Counted from the whole stretch's first letter, positions 24,702-36,237 are shown. The stretch is 63,814 nucleotides of DNA, filler included, from Olpidium bornovanus S191 (GCA_017911155.1; 29 parts of 29 records of this genome joined end to end with filler, not necessarily neighbours in it); one strand, 5' to 3'. Numbers and translations: made by a program. The notes: generated by a model not told the origin, from the sequence alone.

Positions 24702-26000
24702 TCAGGGATGGGCCAGGGACGGGGAATGGGCGGCGCGAACGGGATTCTCCGCCGGACGCTCGGGGGTGTACCTGAACAGCGGGTCGCCGCCGCCCTCGTA
24801 CGCCGACGAATCGTACGGCCGGATCGCCGCCCCCTCCCTCCTGCTTAATATGTGCTGCGGCAAGTGGACCGCCTGAAGCGCCGTGCGGAGGTCGTCGACG
24901 GGTTCGGCCGGAACCGCGGCAGCCTCGGCCGTCCCGCCGAAGGCGAGGTCAAACTCCCTCGCGGTCATGTGCGGACAGCTCCGCGGAGCGCGGTGCCGTC
25001 GCCCAGGGTCCGTGTCGTCCGCGCAGCCGTGCGCGCGCGCGCCCGAGGGGACCTCCGGCCCGCCGGCGAGCGCCGTGGTGGGCCCGGAGTCGGGGTCTTC
25101 GTCCACGGCGTCGACTTTCCAGACGGAGAGCAGCGGCAGGAGGAGGGAGAACAGCGGGATCCCAAGGACGGTGTGCAGCAGCTCGTAGAGGACGTACATC
25201 GGCCGCGCGCGCGCCAGCTGGTAGGCGAGGTGCAGCGAGAACGCGGCGACGGCGCTCAGGGCCACCACGAACTTCGGGAGCGTTCGCGCGGCGACCGTCG
25301 GAACGCTCGGGTAGAACAGGTCCAGGACCAAGAGGTAGCAGTACACCGCGGTGCCCGGGCCCAGCGCCCGGCAGAAGAGCGCGACGATCGCCGCTGCGCG
25401 GACTCCTAACGGCCCGGCCGCGCCGCCGCTTCGCCCGCCGTTCCCGACGCCACCGCGGCCTGCGAACGCCAAGTCGAACAACCGGTGCCAGTCGACGGCG
25501 AACCGCCGCGCCGCGGTGCGGACCATGCCGCCGAGAGTGGTCGGTAGTCCCACGTAACCGGCGGCTGCCGGCTCGAAAGCGATCTTTGACCCTGGGTTGT
25601 GCCGCAATATGGCCGCGCCCGCTTTCGCGTCCTCGCCGATTCTGAGAAGCGCGCGCGCTTGCGGCGTGCCGCCGGAATCCGGTTCCCCCCGCAGCTCTCG
25701 CAGAACTCCCTCAGAGGCGACGCAGGGCCGGCCGTCGCCGTGCCGCAGCTTGTACGCGACGAGGGACGGGTTCAGAGACGCGGCGACGCTGCCGGTGACG
25801 GCCATCTCCAGGCACGGCCTGAAGACGTTCATGATCAGGTGTTCGTATGCCTGCAGTGCCGCGAGAAACGAGGTGCCGGCTCGTGACGGATGAGTGCCGC
25901 CGCCGACCGCCGCGATGTTCGGGGACGACGCGAGACGGACTGCCATCCGGTCCAGGCAGCTGGATTCGACGAGGATGCCGGCGTCCACAACGAAGAGATA
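24702..26000 (-). CDS. Division-2 chitin synthase-like C-terminal region with degenerate catalytic motifs, 5'-truncated
   Basis: YLFVVDAGI..LQAYEHLI..CLEMAVTGSV..LLRIGEDA..ILRHNP..RTAARRF..LFDL..TM helices..LGIPLFSLLLPLLSVWKVD is collinear with CHS class IV/V/VII. Confidence 0.8.
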   Translation of the reverse strand, partial: YLFVVDAGILVESSCLDRMAVRLASSPNIAAVGGGTHPSRAGTSFLAALQAYEHLIMNVFRPCLEMAVTGSVAASLNPSLVAYKLRHGDGRPCVASEGVLRELRGEPDSGGTPQARALLRIGEDAKAGAAILRHNPGSKIAFEPAAAGYVGLPTTLGGMVRTAARRFAVDWHRLFDLAFAGRGGVGNGGRSGGAAGPLGVRAAAIVALFCRALGPGTAVYCYLLVLDLFYPSVPTVAARTLPKFVVALSAVAAFSLHLAYQLARARPMYVLYELLHTVLGIPLFSLLLPLLSVWKVDAVDEDPDSGPTTALAGGPEVPSGARAHGCADDTDPGRRHRAPRSCPHMTAREFDLAFGGTAEAAAVPAEPVDDLRTALQAVHLPQHILSRREGAAIRPYDSSAYEGGGDPLFRYTPERPAENPVRAAHSPSLAHP

Positions 26001-26348
26001 NNNNNNNNNNNNNNNNNNNNNNNNNNNNNNNNNNNNNNNNNNNNTTAATTAATTAANNNNNNNNNNNNNNNNNNNNNNNNNNNNNNNNNNNNNNNNNNNN
26101 GTATAAATAGGCCTGGATTCTGTAGAATCAAAACGCTGCGACGACCAACGCAGAATCTCTCCCTTCCGAATTCCCTCGCAACTTCCGTGAGTCTCCGCGT
26201 TTGGGGCTCTTTTATCTGTCAAGAGAGCCCTTCCCCCCCGCTCGCTGGCACCGGCCCTTTTTTTTTTAATTATTATTATTGCAATCGTGCGCAGTCGTTT
26301 CGAGGAGAGGAGTGTGGGGGGGGGAGAGTGTCTTCCCCGGAAGACGAG

Positions 26349-26379
<31 letters not shown>

Positions 26380-26740
26380 CGTTTTCCGCCCCGCCTAAAC
26401 CCCGAGGGGTCGGTTTCGGTTTTTCCGTGCGCGCGCGAGTTCGCGAGGATCGCACCGGAGAGGAGGGCGAGGGAGAAAAATTTCCCGGGGGCGTTCAAAT
26501 AGTTTCTGGTTCCCGGGTTGCTTTTCCCCCCCGCCCTGCTCTCCCCCGGCCCTCCTCCCCCCCGCCCCAGGGGCACCGCGACCGCGGCAGCGGAAAAAAG
26601 ACTGCCACGACCGGCGTCTGCAGAGAAAAACAAAAAACAAAAGAAAAAAACCCCCGCCATCGAGCTCGAAAGCACAAGCCCCCCCCCCTTGTCCCGCTAT
26701 CCCGCGCGGTCACAGCCGAACCGGCTTCACCTGCGTCACC

Positions 26741-27178
26741 ATGAGCGAGCGCGAGAAGAAGAAGCTTCAGGAGAAGCACGAGAAGATCCTCCTGGACATG
26801 ATGAAGGTATGGGTGTGTGTGTGTGTGTGCGTGCGTGCGTGTGCGTCTTGTGCCCGCGCCGGCCGCGCCCTTCCGTGCTTCGCGTCGTTCGACGGGAGCA
26901 GTGCGCCGCCGGGCGGATCCCTCGTGAACGCTTACCTGCGCTGACCGTGATCGGTGTCTGCCGATCTTTCTTTCTTTTTTTTTTTTTTTTTTACCCCCCT
27001 CGCCGCCCCGCCCGATCGCCGCCTTCGCCCGTTTCCCGACGTCGCGGCGGCGCCGGCCCTCGGTTCTGATCAGAGCAACGAGAAGAACCAGTTCTGCGCC
27101 GACTGTCGGACGAAAGGTCCTCGGTGGGCCAGCACCAACCTGGGCGTGTTTCTCTGCATGCCTTGCGCCGGCCTGCAC

Positions 27179-27213
<35 letters not shown>

Positions 27214-27706
27214 GAAGGAGGGGGGAGGGGGGTTTCGCCCGCGAGAGCCCGTCGGAAAAGTCCTTTGCCGCTATGTCACCTCGCCGAGGCGCTGCGGAAG
27301 GTGCCTCACAAGCTGACTTTACGATCTCACCTGCCCCTCAGGAAGATGGGTACGCACATATCAAAAGTGAAGTCGATCACTTTGGACTCGTGGACGGAAG
27401 AGCAGATTGAGCACTTCCAGAAGTGGGGAAACGAAAAGGCCAACGCCCTGTATATCCCGCACCCGGAACTGCACCCCGTTCCCACCGGCGATAGGTGAGC
27501 GAGAGCCAACATGTTTGATCAGAGTGGAATCCGTGTGTATCCGTCCGCGTGGCAGCCGTTTGCGGTCGTGGGAGGTCTTCCCCAGGACGGAGTGGATAGT
27601 TGATTACGTGACTATACGCGGGCTGTAATATGCAAATTCTAGAGAAATGGAAAACTACATCAGGGACAAATACGAACGCAAGGTTTTCATGGAAGGGAAC
27701 AAGAGG
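26741..27706 (+). CDS. AGE2: SMAP/Age2-type ArfGAP, N-terminal exons
   Basis: [32 protein letters not shown]|[23 protein letters not shown]..|[13 protein letters not shown]. Confidence 0.93.
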
Positions 27707-27908
27707 GTAAAGTGTTGCTGCGTTTATTGATTTGCTGTCTAATTGAGTCTTTGGGCCGTATGATAACCTCTTCCCACAAAAAAAACAAATAAATAAAATT
27801 AAATTGAANNNNNNNNNNNNNNNNNNNNNNNNNNNNNNNNNNNNNNNNNNNNTTAATTAATTAANNNNNNNNNNNNNNNNNNNNNNNNNNNNNNNNNNNN
27901 NNNNNNNN

Positions 27909-29120
27909 TCCTGGTGAAGTCCGGAAGCTTCAAAACCGGAGGAGACGTCATTATCTCCTTCAACCTTTCAAAGGTTCCCTGGTGCAGCTCGCTTCAGGCC
28001 CAATGAACTTTGGGTTTTGTCAACTCATGCAACGGCTTAATCAGCATCGCATAGTCCTTAATAAACTGGCGGTAATGTCCAGTCATGCCGAGGAACATGT
28101 GCACTGCACTAATGTCCTTCGGTGTCAGGTAATCCAATATGACCTTTTTGGTCGTTGGATCCGGCTTCAATCCCTGGGGCGTCACCAGGTAACCGAGATA
28201 CAGCATTTCCGTACCGCAGAAGAAGCACTTAGACGGCGTCATTTTCAAACCGGCCACCCGGAGGCGGTCGAAGACTAATCTGATGTCCTTGACGTGCTCG
28301 TCAAAGGTTTGGGAAAAGATGACCACATCATTGAGATAGACAAGGCAACACTGCCACTTCAGTCCCGCTAGTACCGTGTCCATCATCCTTTGGAAAGTAG
28401 CGGGTGCTCCGCTCAATCCAAAAGGCATGCAGACCCACTGATAGAGTCCTTCGTGAGTGACAAAGGCAGTTTTCTCCCTGTCCTCTGGTGCCACTGGCAC
28501 CTGCCAGTACCCTGACAGCATGTCAAAGGTTGTTGAGAACGTTGCGCCGTTCAATGCATCGAGTGTGTCGTCAATGCACGGGAGTGGGTACGCGTCGTGT
28601 TTCGTGACCTTGTTTGGCTCCCGATAATCGATGCAGAAACGGACACTTCCGTCTTTCTTTGGCACAAGCACCACGGGCGCTGCCCACGGTGAGCGACTGG
28701 GCTCAATGACGCCCCACTCGAGCATCTGCCAAGTTTCCTCCGCCGTCAGCCGACGTTTGTGCGGCGCCTGCCGTCTAGGCGGAAAGTTGATTGGCTTAGC
28801 ATCTCCGGTATCTATCCGGTGCTGCGTAATGTCAGGATGAACCTGACCGAGATTCTTATCCCAGGAAAATAGACCAAACTCTTGGTGTTCTCGTATCAAT
28901 TGCGTCAACGTGTCTAGTTGCACGTCCGGCACCCCCTGAATACCTCTGCCCATGTTGAGGTCATCTGGGAGTCCTTCCCAGTTGACGCTAGGGCGCAGCT
29001 CACGTAGCTGCTTGACTGTCCATGACGTGACGGTGTCTATGTCACCATCATCCATGCTCTGGCATGTCTCGGCATATCGCTGGACCTGGGCGGCACTCGA
29101 TATATCTATCAGTTCCTCGA
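27909..29120 (-). mobile_element. Decayed Ty3/gypsy pol fragment (RT and RT-RNaseH linker)
   Basis: HRIDTGDAKPI..SPWAAPVVLVPKKDGSVRFCIDYR..GYWQV..MPFGLSGAPATFQRMMD..YLND (for YLDD, 28327-28338)..in-frame TGA at 27994-27996, then TSPPVLKLPDF. Confidence 0.95.
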
Positions 29121-29408
29121 AGACATTTTTTTTGTGTGTGAAAGGGACGAGAGGTAAGGTGGTCTGCGTTGGTGCGGCCGCGGCGATGGCGCGGTGGCGG
29201 CGAGGGGCGGCCACGGTGGCGGTGGCGATGGCCCGGCGGGAGAGCTACGGAGAGCTTTTTGGTGCTTGCGAAGAGGAAGCGCAGCGGCGAGCTCTGGTGC
29301 TGATAACGTGTTGGAAAACGGTGACTTAGCCTTTTGTTTGGTGCTTATTGTGCTTTGTGAGTAAACCGGAGGGGAAACGTAAAGAAGCTCTCCTTATAAT
29401 ATCCCTTT

Positions 29409-29521
29409 ATGGCTCCCTCCATGGCTCCTTCCATGGCGCCTTCCGTGGCTCCTTCCATGGCGCCTTCCGTGGCTCCTTCCATGGCGCCTTCCGTGGCTCC
29501 TTCCATGGCGCCTTCCGTGGC
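29409..29521. repeat. 12-bp minisatellite with 24-bp higher-order alternation
   Basis: About 9.4 units: after two ATGGCTCC(C/T)TCC units, ATGGCGCCTTCC and GTGGCTCCTTCC strictly alternate. Confidence 0.95.
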
Positions 29522-30295
29522 AGTCGTCTGTCATCTCCTCGTGTGCACCACGGCGGTGATCCTCATGGGAGAGAGTCCCCGTGGCGCCATGGCGGAGAGA
29601 GTCCACGGTTGACCCGTCAAGGGGAGTCCTCGTGGATGTTCCTGTGGAGGTCCTCGTGGAGGTCTCGTGTTTCACAACAAAAAGGACACCCAGGTCAACA
29701 GCTCTTCCGACTTTCCGCGCATGTGTGACTCGTTTGGAATCTTTCTTTTTTTTTGACAAAATGAGTCATCCACACAGAGGGTATAGGTCTGGTTTACAGA
29801 ACTAATGGTGTCAGGGTCGACGGGGATGATTCGACGTAGCAACAGACCGTTTGTTGTCGCACGACGGCGTGCATGTTTCTTTTCGGTACGCAAAGAAAAA
29901 ACCATGGGGCCAACGGGAACGACGGTGAATCAACCGAATTACGTGAAGTCCGACGAATGGCTTCCTTTGTTTCGAAGGCTTTTTGGACACGTCCCTGCAG
30001 CAAGAGCACCAATGCTAGATTGTCACCTCCGTTGCGCGGCCTTTTGGTTCCACAAGGTGCGTCAGAGGATGGCCCCGAGGCGCGTTACAGGCAGTGCTCC
30101 GTGAAATTGTGTTTTTGTTATGTTCCATAATAACAGCGAAGGACAAAAGGAAAAGGAAATGTAAAATGGAACATCACGATTCCGTTTTGGTATGATGTCC
30201 AATCCCGGACAGGGATAAGGACCTTACCATACGGTTAAACCGAGGTCCATACGTGCGCTTCAACGACCAGGCGAACCCGGACATCCCGGCAGCTT

Positions 30296-31772
30296 TCAAG
30301 TCGCCTTCGGCGTTGCCCAATCTTTCGGCACGGGACCAACGTCCTCGATCACCTCGCGGTGGCAAGACCAGACAAGTCGAATGGCCTCAATCGTGCCGAT
30401 GCCTCCGCCGCGCGGGTCGCCGCACGGGCCGAACCTGCCAATTGACAAAGCAAGCAAATCAGAGAAACAAAGAAAGAAGCCCCCACGGAAAAAAGTACCG
30501 GTCCTACCGGTCGCACGTAAGCGACAGGCGTCTTGCACGTACCAATGGTTTTGTGGCGCGCCGGTGGTGCGGGCGCGGATGCCCACGTAAGTGGTGCCGT
30601 TCACCGTAGCGCCGATGCACTTCTGCTGGAAGGCCAGGTCATTCGACACGATGGCCGCGGTGAGGTGCTGGTCCATCCGCTCAAGAGCCTCGAGGACGAG
30701 GTCGAATTCCGAATCGGCGTACTCGGTGATGATCTGGAAAGGCCCGAATATCTCGGTGGTGCAAAGGCCAAAATTCTCCGGCTTCAGGATTTCTCGCAGC
30801 GGCACGAAGACCGCGGTTGGTGAGACTGCACCGTAGACCTTGGGAATAGAATGTTTCTCGAGCTCCTTGCCGCCGAAGAGCACTTTTGCCCCCGGGATTT
30901 TCAGAAGAGCCTGGACGTGGCCGAGAAAGCGCTCCGTCGTGACGGTAAGGACCGGCCCGATTGTGAGGTCGTCCAGGGAACTGCGGAACGGAACGGCACT
31001 CGCAGCTTAGAGGTTGACTGCAGCTCAAAAACGAACGGCGTTTGGGCGTACCGCCTGGCCGCCAGTTTTGCCAGCTTGTCGACAAACTTCGCCTTGCCCC
31101 AATTTTCGTGCATAAAGAGGACGCTCTGCGCAGAGCATTTCTGATTTTTCGACACTGAGGTCAGTTTCACCCTGACACTTTCGCCTTCGATGACGCTTTC
31201 CAGCTTTTGATCCCACCTGGCCGGTATGCGCATAAGCATCCTGGTCGCACTGCCACGCTACGTAGTCGACTTCGCTGACGTCAGGGCCAAGGATTTTCCA
31301 GTCGAAACCGGCGTCCTCGATCTTGACTTTGCCTCGAGTAAGAGCAGAAAGGTGCTCGGCAACTTTGGAGGAACCGGTGAACTGAATAACGCGCGGCTTC
31401 GAAATTTCAACGAACTTCCCCATCACGGGGCCCTCGCAGCAGATGAAGTCGATGTCGGCCATGGGAGCTTGGAATCCCAATTCGGGGACCTCGGTCAACC
31501 TTGGGAGCACCCAGACAAATCACCATGCGCAACATTAGTCAGACGAAGCACCCACTTCCGCAGTACTGCATCATGAGCAGAAACTGGTGCATGACGATAG
31601 CTGTCCGCTGGTCGGCCTTGAAGGTGACCTTGTTGCCCATGTACAGGGCGCCCATGAGCTGGAGCACCGGAATCTCCAGAGGGAAGTTGAAGGTCGTAAT
31701 GAGGACCGCGGGGCCGTACGGCCAGCGAAGGCCCTGGGACCGCTGGCCTAGGTGATTGCCTGGTACGTTGAA
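30296..31772 (-). CDS. ALDH12: ALDH12-family (plant-type) P5C/glutamate semialdehyde dehydrogenase, multi-exon, 5'-truncated
   Basis: RWPYGP..TFNFPLEIPVLQLMGALYMGNK..FTGSSKVAE..KIEDAGFDWKILGPD..VAWQCDQDAYAHTGQ|KCSAQS..DLTIGPVLT..TTEIFGPFQ..HLTAAIVSND..TVNGTTYVGIRARTTGAPQNHW|FGPCGDPRG..EAIRLVWSCHRE. Confidence 0.92.
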
Positions 31773-31872
31773 NNNNNNNNNNNNNNNNNNNNNNNNNNNN
31801 NNNNNNNNNNNNNNNNTTAATTAATTAANNNNNNNNNNNNNNNNNNNNNNNNNNNNNNNNNNNNNNNNNNNN

Positions 31873-31909
<37 letters not shown>

Positions 31910-31952
31910 AAAACCGCAGTTCTGGGCCCGCAGAAAGACTAGCCCCCCGCAC

Positions 31953-32222
31953 CTGCTCGCCCTTGAGCAGGTTTACGAACTTGGCGCGGTATTTGATCCC
32001 CTTCAGGTTCAACGCTATCCGCACGCGCCAGGAGCAGCTGGAGCGGAAGTACGTGTAAAGGACGGGCACGTCCCCCGCGGGACCCGACGTCACGGAGGCC
32101 TGCGAGGGAGGGGAAGAGGAGGAGGAGGAGGAGGAGGAAGAAGATGGGGGTGGTTGCGGGGACGGCGAATCAGCGTGTGGCGCGTTTGTTTTTTTCCCCG
32201 GCGCGCGCGCGGGGGGCGACAT
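31953..32222 (-). CDS. GSTZ1: Zeta-class GST / maleylacetoacetate isomerase, first exon
   Basis: [31 protein letters not shown]|gt carries the SSC signature of GST-zeta. Confidence 0.92.
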
Positions 32223-33105
32223 GTGAGCTCGACGACAACACTCGTCTTCTTTCCCGGGCCCCCGACCGGGGGGCAGATCGCGAACGCCGTCCCTTTGCCA
32301 TTTTTTTCCTTCCATTCCTACTCTTTCTCGTCCCTCCCGTTACCATGAGACTGACGCTGACGGCGTCCTCTCTGTGGGGTGCGGCGAGCGTGTGTTTTTT
32401 TTTTTTTTTTTAACTTGCGACGAACGGCCCGGCGGGGGCGGGTGGCCCGGAAGGGCGCGCGCGTTGGTTCGCGCGACGGCCCCGAGTGCGGCCCTCTTCC
32501 CCCCGCCTCTCGCGTGGCCGCCCCCACCCCCACAACCAACACACCACCCCGCAACTCCCCCGGCCCTTTTCCCCGGTTGTGATGACATTTGACAAACCGG
32601 GGAAGGAAGAGGAGGAGGAGACGCTGCGAGCTCGCGGAGAAGAGGAGAGGGGGAGACGGGGGAAGAAAAGATTTGCCGTCATCTCTTTCTCTACTCCAGG
32701 CGTATTTTGGATGACGGGGAGCCAGCGGCGCTACCTGACCGGGGAGTACGGGGAGTACGGGGGGAAGAAGAGGGGGTAGGGGGGGCGATGCGCCTCCTTG
32801 CCCCCCCCCCCCCCCCCTCCCTGTCCCCCCCCCCCCCCCCCCCCGCTGGTTCCCCCCCCCCCCCCCCCCCCCNNNNNNNNNNNNNNNNNNNNNNNNNNNN
32901 NNNNNNNNNNNNNNNNTTAATTAATTAANNNNNNNNNNNNNNNNNNNNNNNNNNNNNNNNNNNNNNNNNNNNCATGATCCGGTTTCTCCACTTCTGCTGA
33001 CATTTTCGAGCAATGGGAGATGGCGGCGACATAGAAGTTTGCGTCCCTTTGCTCCAGTACGTGTCCTGATACCAATTCATCGACTTCTGCTTCCAACTGA
33101 CAGTC

Positions 33106-34025
33106 TTGAAATTCCCTTCTTCAACTCCCCTCAGGCTTCCCCGCTCCAAGGTCGTCTCTTACTGCCAGGTGATGCTGTGGCCACCCGCATTTTTTCTCCC
33201 CGATGACCCACGAGAATTTGAGTTCGTGTTCTTCCCTTCAGACGCGCAATACTGCGGCCCCAACGGCCCTGCCGATCATATTTACGATCCCCGTGTCGAC
33301 CCCGTCGTGGATGACTCGTATATGCAATGTCGTTTTCTTGTCAAAGACGTCACTCCACCCTCGAACGATGCGGAACTCCCCGCAACTTTTCAACCCCCCG
33401 GTCCGCAATTTGCTCGGAACTCTTGGTTTTTCCGTTCACGGATATCTGGCGGGACCTACAATCGCTTGGTCGAGTGGGCAGCGTCTGAGACAATTATCCG
33501 GCACTCATTTTTCGAATTTCTGACGGGCAAATTTAGACGCGGGCATTCGTGTTTGCTGACATTTGGCGCGTAAACAACGGAAAAGGTCACGATGGCGATG
33601 GAGACGGAGGCACTGGAGATAACAACGAAGCTGATGCTGGAGAAGCGCCGCCCCCTGCGCAGTGCCGTCGTTTGACTCGGCGTTTGCCTCCTGAACCAGC
33701 ATCCTCCGGTGGCCCTTCTGGATCCTCAACCTCGCTGCTCATCCTTACCGGTAGCTCACTGTCAAGTACGGCGACAGATCGCCACGTGACGTGCTCTCAT
33801 TCTGGTGCTACGACAGCTCCCCCCATTGCCTCCACTGTTTCGTCGGAGAATTCTGCTGCTGTCACGTCTGTTCAGGCAGCAGTTGGCATGTCGGCTTCTT
33901 CAACGTCCGGGTCAACAGCATCAGCAGGCATACAGGTTGCGACGGCAGCATCAACAGACGGTTTTGCCATATCAGCCGCAGGTTCGTCCGCAGGTTCAGG
34001 CCCCTCCCAAAATCAACCTTCATAA
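33106..34025 (+). other. Interrupted coding-like region of unknown family
   Basis: Overlapping ORFs with globular-looking segments (EFVFFPSDAQY..YMQCRFLV..FARNSWFF..RLVEW) followed by a Ser/Ala-rich tail. Exon structure is unresolved. Confidence 0.25.
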
Positions 34026-35033
34026 CGACAGCTCGGCTTTCTTTCTTGTGGTCACTTTGAATCTGGGTTGTGTATTGTTTTTATTTGTATCCTCAATGAT
34101 GTGCTGTAGCACGGCCCTCGAACTGCCGCCCTTTACCGATGCCACGGCGGGCGAAGGGCGGCGGGCGAGGGGCGGCGGGCGAAGGGCGCAGGGCAAAGGG
34201 CGAGAGGCGGTCGAAGGGCGGAGGCGGCGGCGGGATCGAGGGCAGGACGGCCCCCGAACCCGGGGGTCGACCAATAGAATAATCCCTCTCGAAGCCCGCC
34301 AATCGAAGAGCGCTTCCTCCCTTCCCCCCTCGAAGTCCGCCAATCGAAGANNNNNNNNNNNNNNNNNNNNNNNNNNNNNNNNNNNNNNNNNNNNTTAATT
34401 AATTAANNNNNNNNNNNNNNNNNNNNNNNNNNNNNNNNNNNNNNNNNNNNGCCAGGAGCGAGAACAAGAAGAAGATCGCCAGGGGCGAGAAGTGCGACCA
34501 CGAGAAGCGGCGCAGCCGGTCATCATTACCGGTAAGTTGACCCTCACACCCTTCAAAGGAGGGGACTTGAAGGATTCCTGGAAGCATACTTCCTGGAGGC
34601 AACCCAACGAGGTCACCGGGGCAGAACCCTGCAGCTGCAGTTGGAGCAGTTGTTGCCTGAAAAACTCAGGAAGGCAGTGTCAACCCATGCCGGAACAGCA
34701 GAGGAGTTGGACCCGGAAGACGGCGCGTTCCAGCAGAACGTGACGGAAAGTACCGTCGACAGGTTGAAAGGTTTAAAAATCCATGAAAGGTCCCTAATTG
34801 GTGCCTACAAACCTTCAGGCTGATCGCGTTTCGGCTAGAAGCTCAGGAACTGGCTCTCGTTTTCGTGGTGTCACCGATGGGCCTCGAAACGTGTCGACGC
34901 TAGCCGTTTTCACGGGACGTCGACCGGAAACCCCGCGGATATGAATCTGCGGACATTGTCCACCAGGAGGTGGCAGATGCGCCAGCAGCGTATCGATGAA
35001 TTTGCGCTGGACATTGTCACGGAGCGCGCTATG

Positions 35034-35220
35034 TGTTGTGGGGCGTGCGAAGCAGTCCTCACGTGACTTTCATAGTGTACTCACGTGACCTCGTAGGTAC
35101 AATGCCACACCTCCACTCTCCTGTACTCCACTCGGAGCTCTACTATCCTCTACAATAAACAAAGGAAGACGAATACGGCCATACGGACCTTGCCTTCTCT
35201 CTTGTTTGGTTATGAGCCCA
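35034..35220 (+). mobile_element. Probable 5' LTR plus copia-type half-tRNA(iMet) primer-binding site
   Basis: Starts TGTTG at 35034, contains AATAAA at about 35154, then GGTTATGAGCCCA (35208-35220), the reverse complement of the tRNA-iMet anticodon arm. An ORF opens at 35379. The canonical LTR-terminal CA is not evident. Confidence 0.55.
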
Positions 35221-35378
35221 AGACGTCTTGCGGATAACTACCGATCTTGACGCTCCTGGACTACCTCTCTACTTAGCTAAACCTCTCCTCGAACGAGAAG
35301 CACCTCGCTGTCTTTCCCCGGTACGGTTTTGACGAAAACGCAAGAAGTACGCGCTCAACGCCGCAGCACAGAAAAACC

Positions 35379-35675
35379 ATGAGTTCAGCTCCGGGACCGA
35401 GCAGAAGTATGGCGTATGACGAGCACCGCCGCGTGGAAAGAGAAGCCAAGGACCAGGCGCTTCGTGGTCGCGGAATTTCGACGAGGAGCGGCAGAGAAAT
35501 CGGAGGGGCAGCTGGCGTACGGCGCAGCGCTTCGAGCGGGCCCGTATTATGCAGCAGCGCAACTACCTCCATGACTACGGTTACGGCTCCTGTCCCTTCA
35601 AGAGCTTCGGCACCGGGCGCGTATCCGTCGCCCTCTGTGCCGGCAACGGCCAGCGGCTGGCAAGACCAGCACCGC
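35379..35675 (+). CDS. ORF start downstream of the PBS, possibly gag N-terminus; truncated by the contig end
   Basis: MSSAPGPSRSMAYDEHRRVEREAKDQ... The call rests on position only. Confidence 0.3.
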
Positions 35676-36237
35676 NNNNNNNNNNNNNNNNNNNNNNNNN
35701 NNNNNNNNNNNNNNNNNNNTTAATTAATTAANNNNNNNNNNNNNNNNNNNNNNNNNNNNNNNNNNNNNNNNNNNNGGTCGCAAGCCGTACCGCAGGACGG
35801 CCGTGCGCTCGGCTCATGGCGGGCGCGCTAGGGACGCGCCGCGCGGGGGGGGGGGGGGGGGGCGGCGGGGGGGGGGGGGGGGGGCGGGGGGGGGGGGGGG
35901 AAGGGGGGGGGTCTTTTTTTTTTTTTTTTTTTTTTTTTTGTGCCGGGCGGGGGCCAATCTGCAGAAAAAGGGCACGAGTAAGAAGAATATAACGACGGAA
36001 GGACACGCAAATAAATTATCTACAGGAACGAGGGACCAAAACGTCCGCTACGTGCCCGGCCTCGAATGACCCGCTGCCCTCAATTCGTCCGGCAAATGAC
36101 CGCTGCTTTGACGTCGCGTTCCGTGCAACCAGGCTCCGTCAAGTTTTCTGTCAATAGCAAACGGCCGGATTTTCCGCATCAAGCACCGGACTGACGTCTC
36201 CGTTGAGAATTACGTACGTCTTCAAAAAGATACACAC

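Noticed and set aside
26817-27210. (GT)n, (GA)n and (CT)n microsatellites here and at 11197-11227, 41512-41550 and 52155-52265
   Set aside because: Ordinary intronic or UTR simple repeats.
27994-27996. In-frame TGA as selenocysteine or readthrough
   Set aside because: It sits at a Trp-like position of a retroelement that has other inactivating changes, so it is simple decay. I saw no in-frame TGA in the conserved cellular genes.
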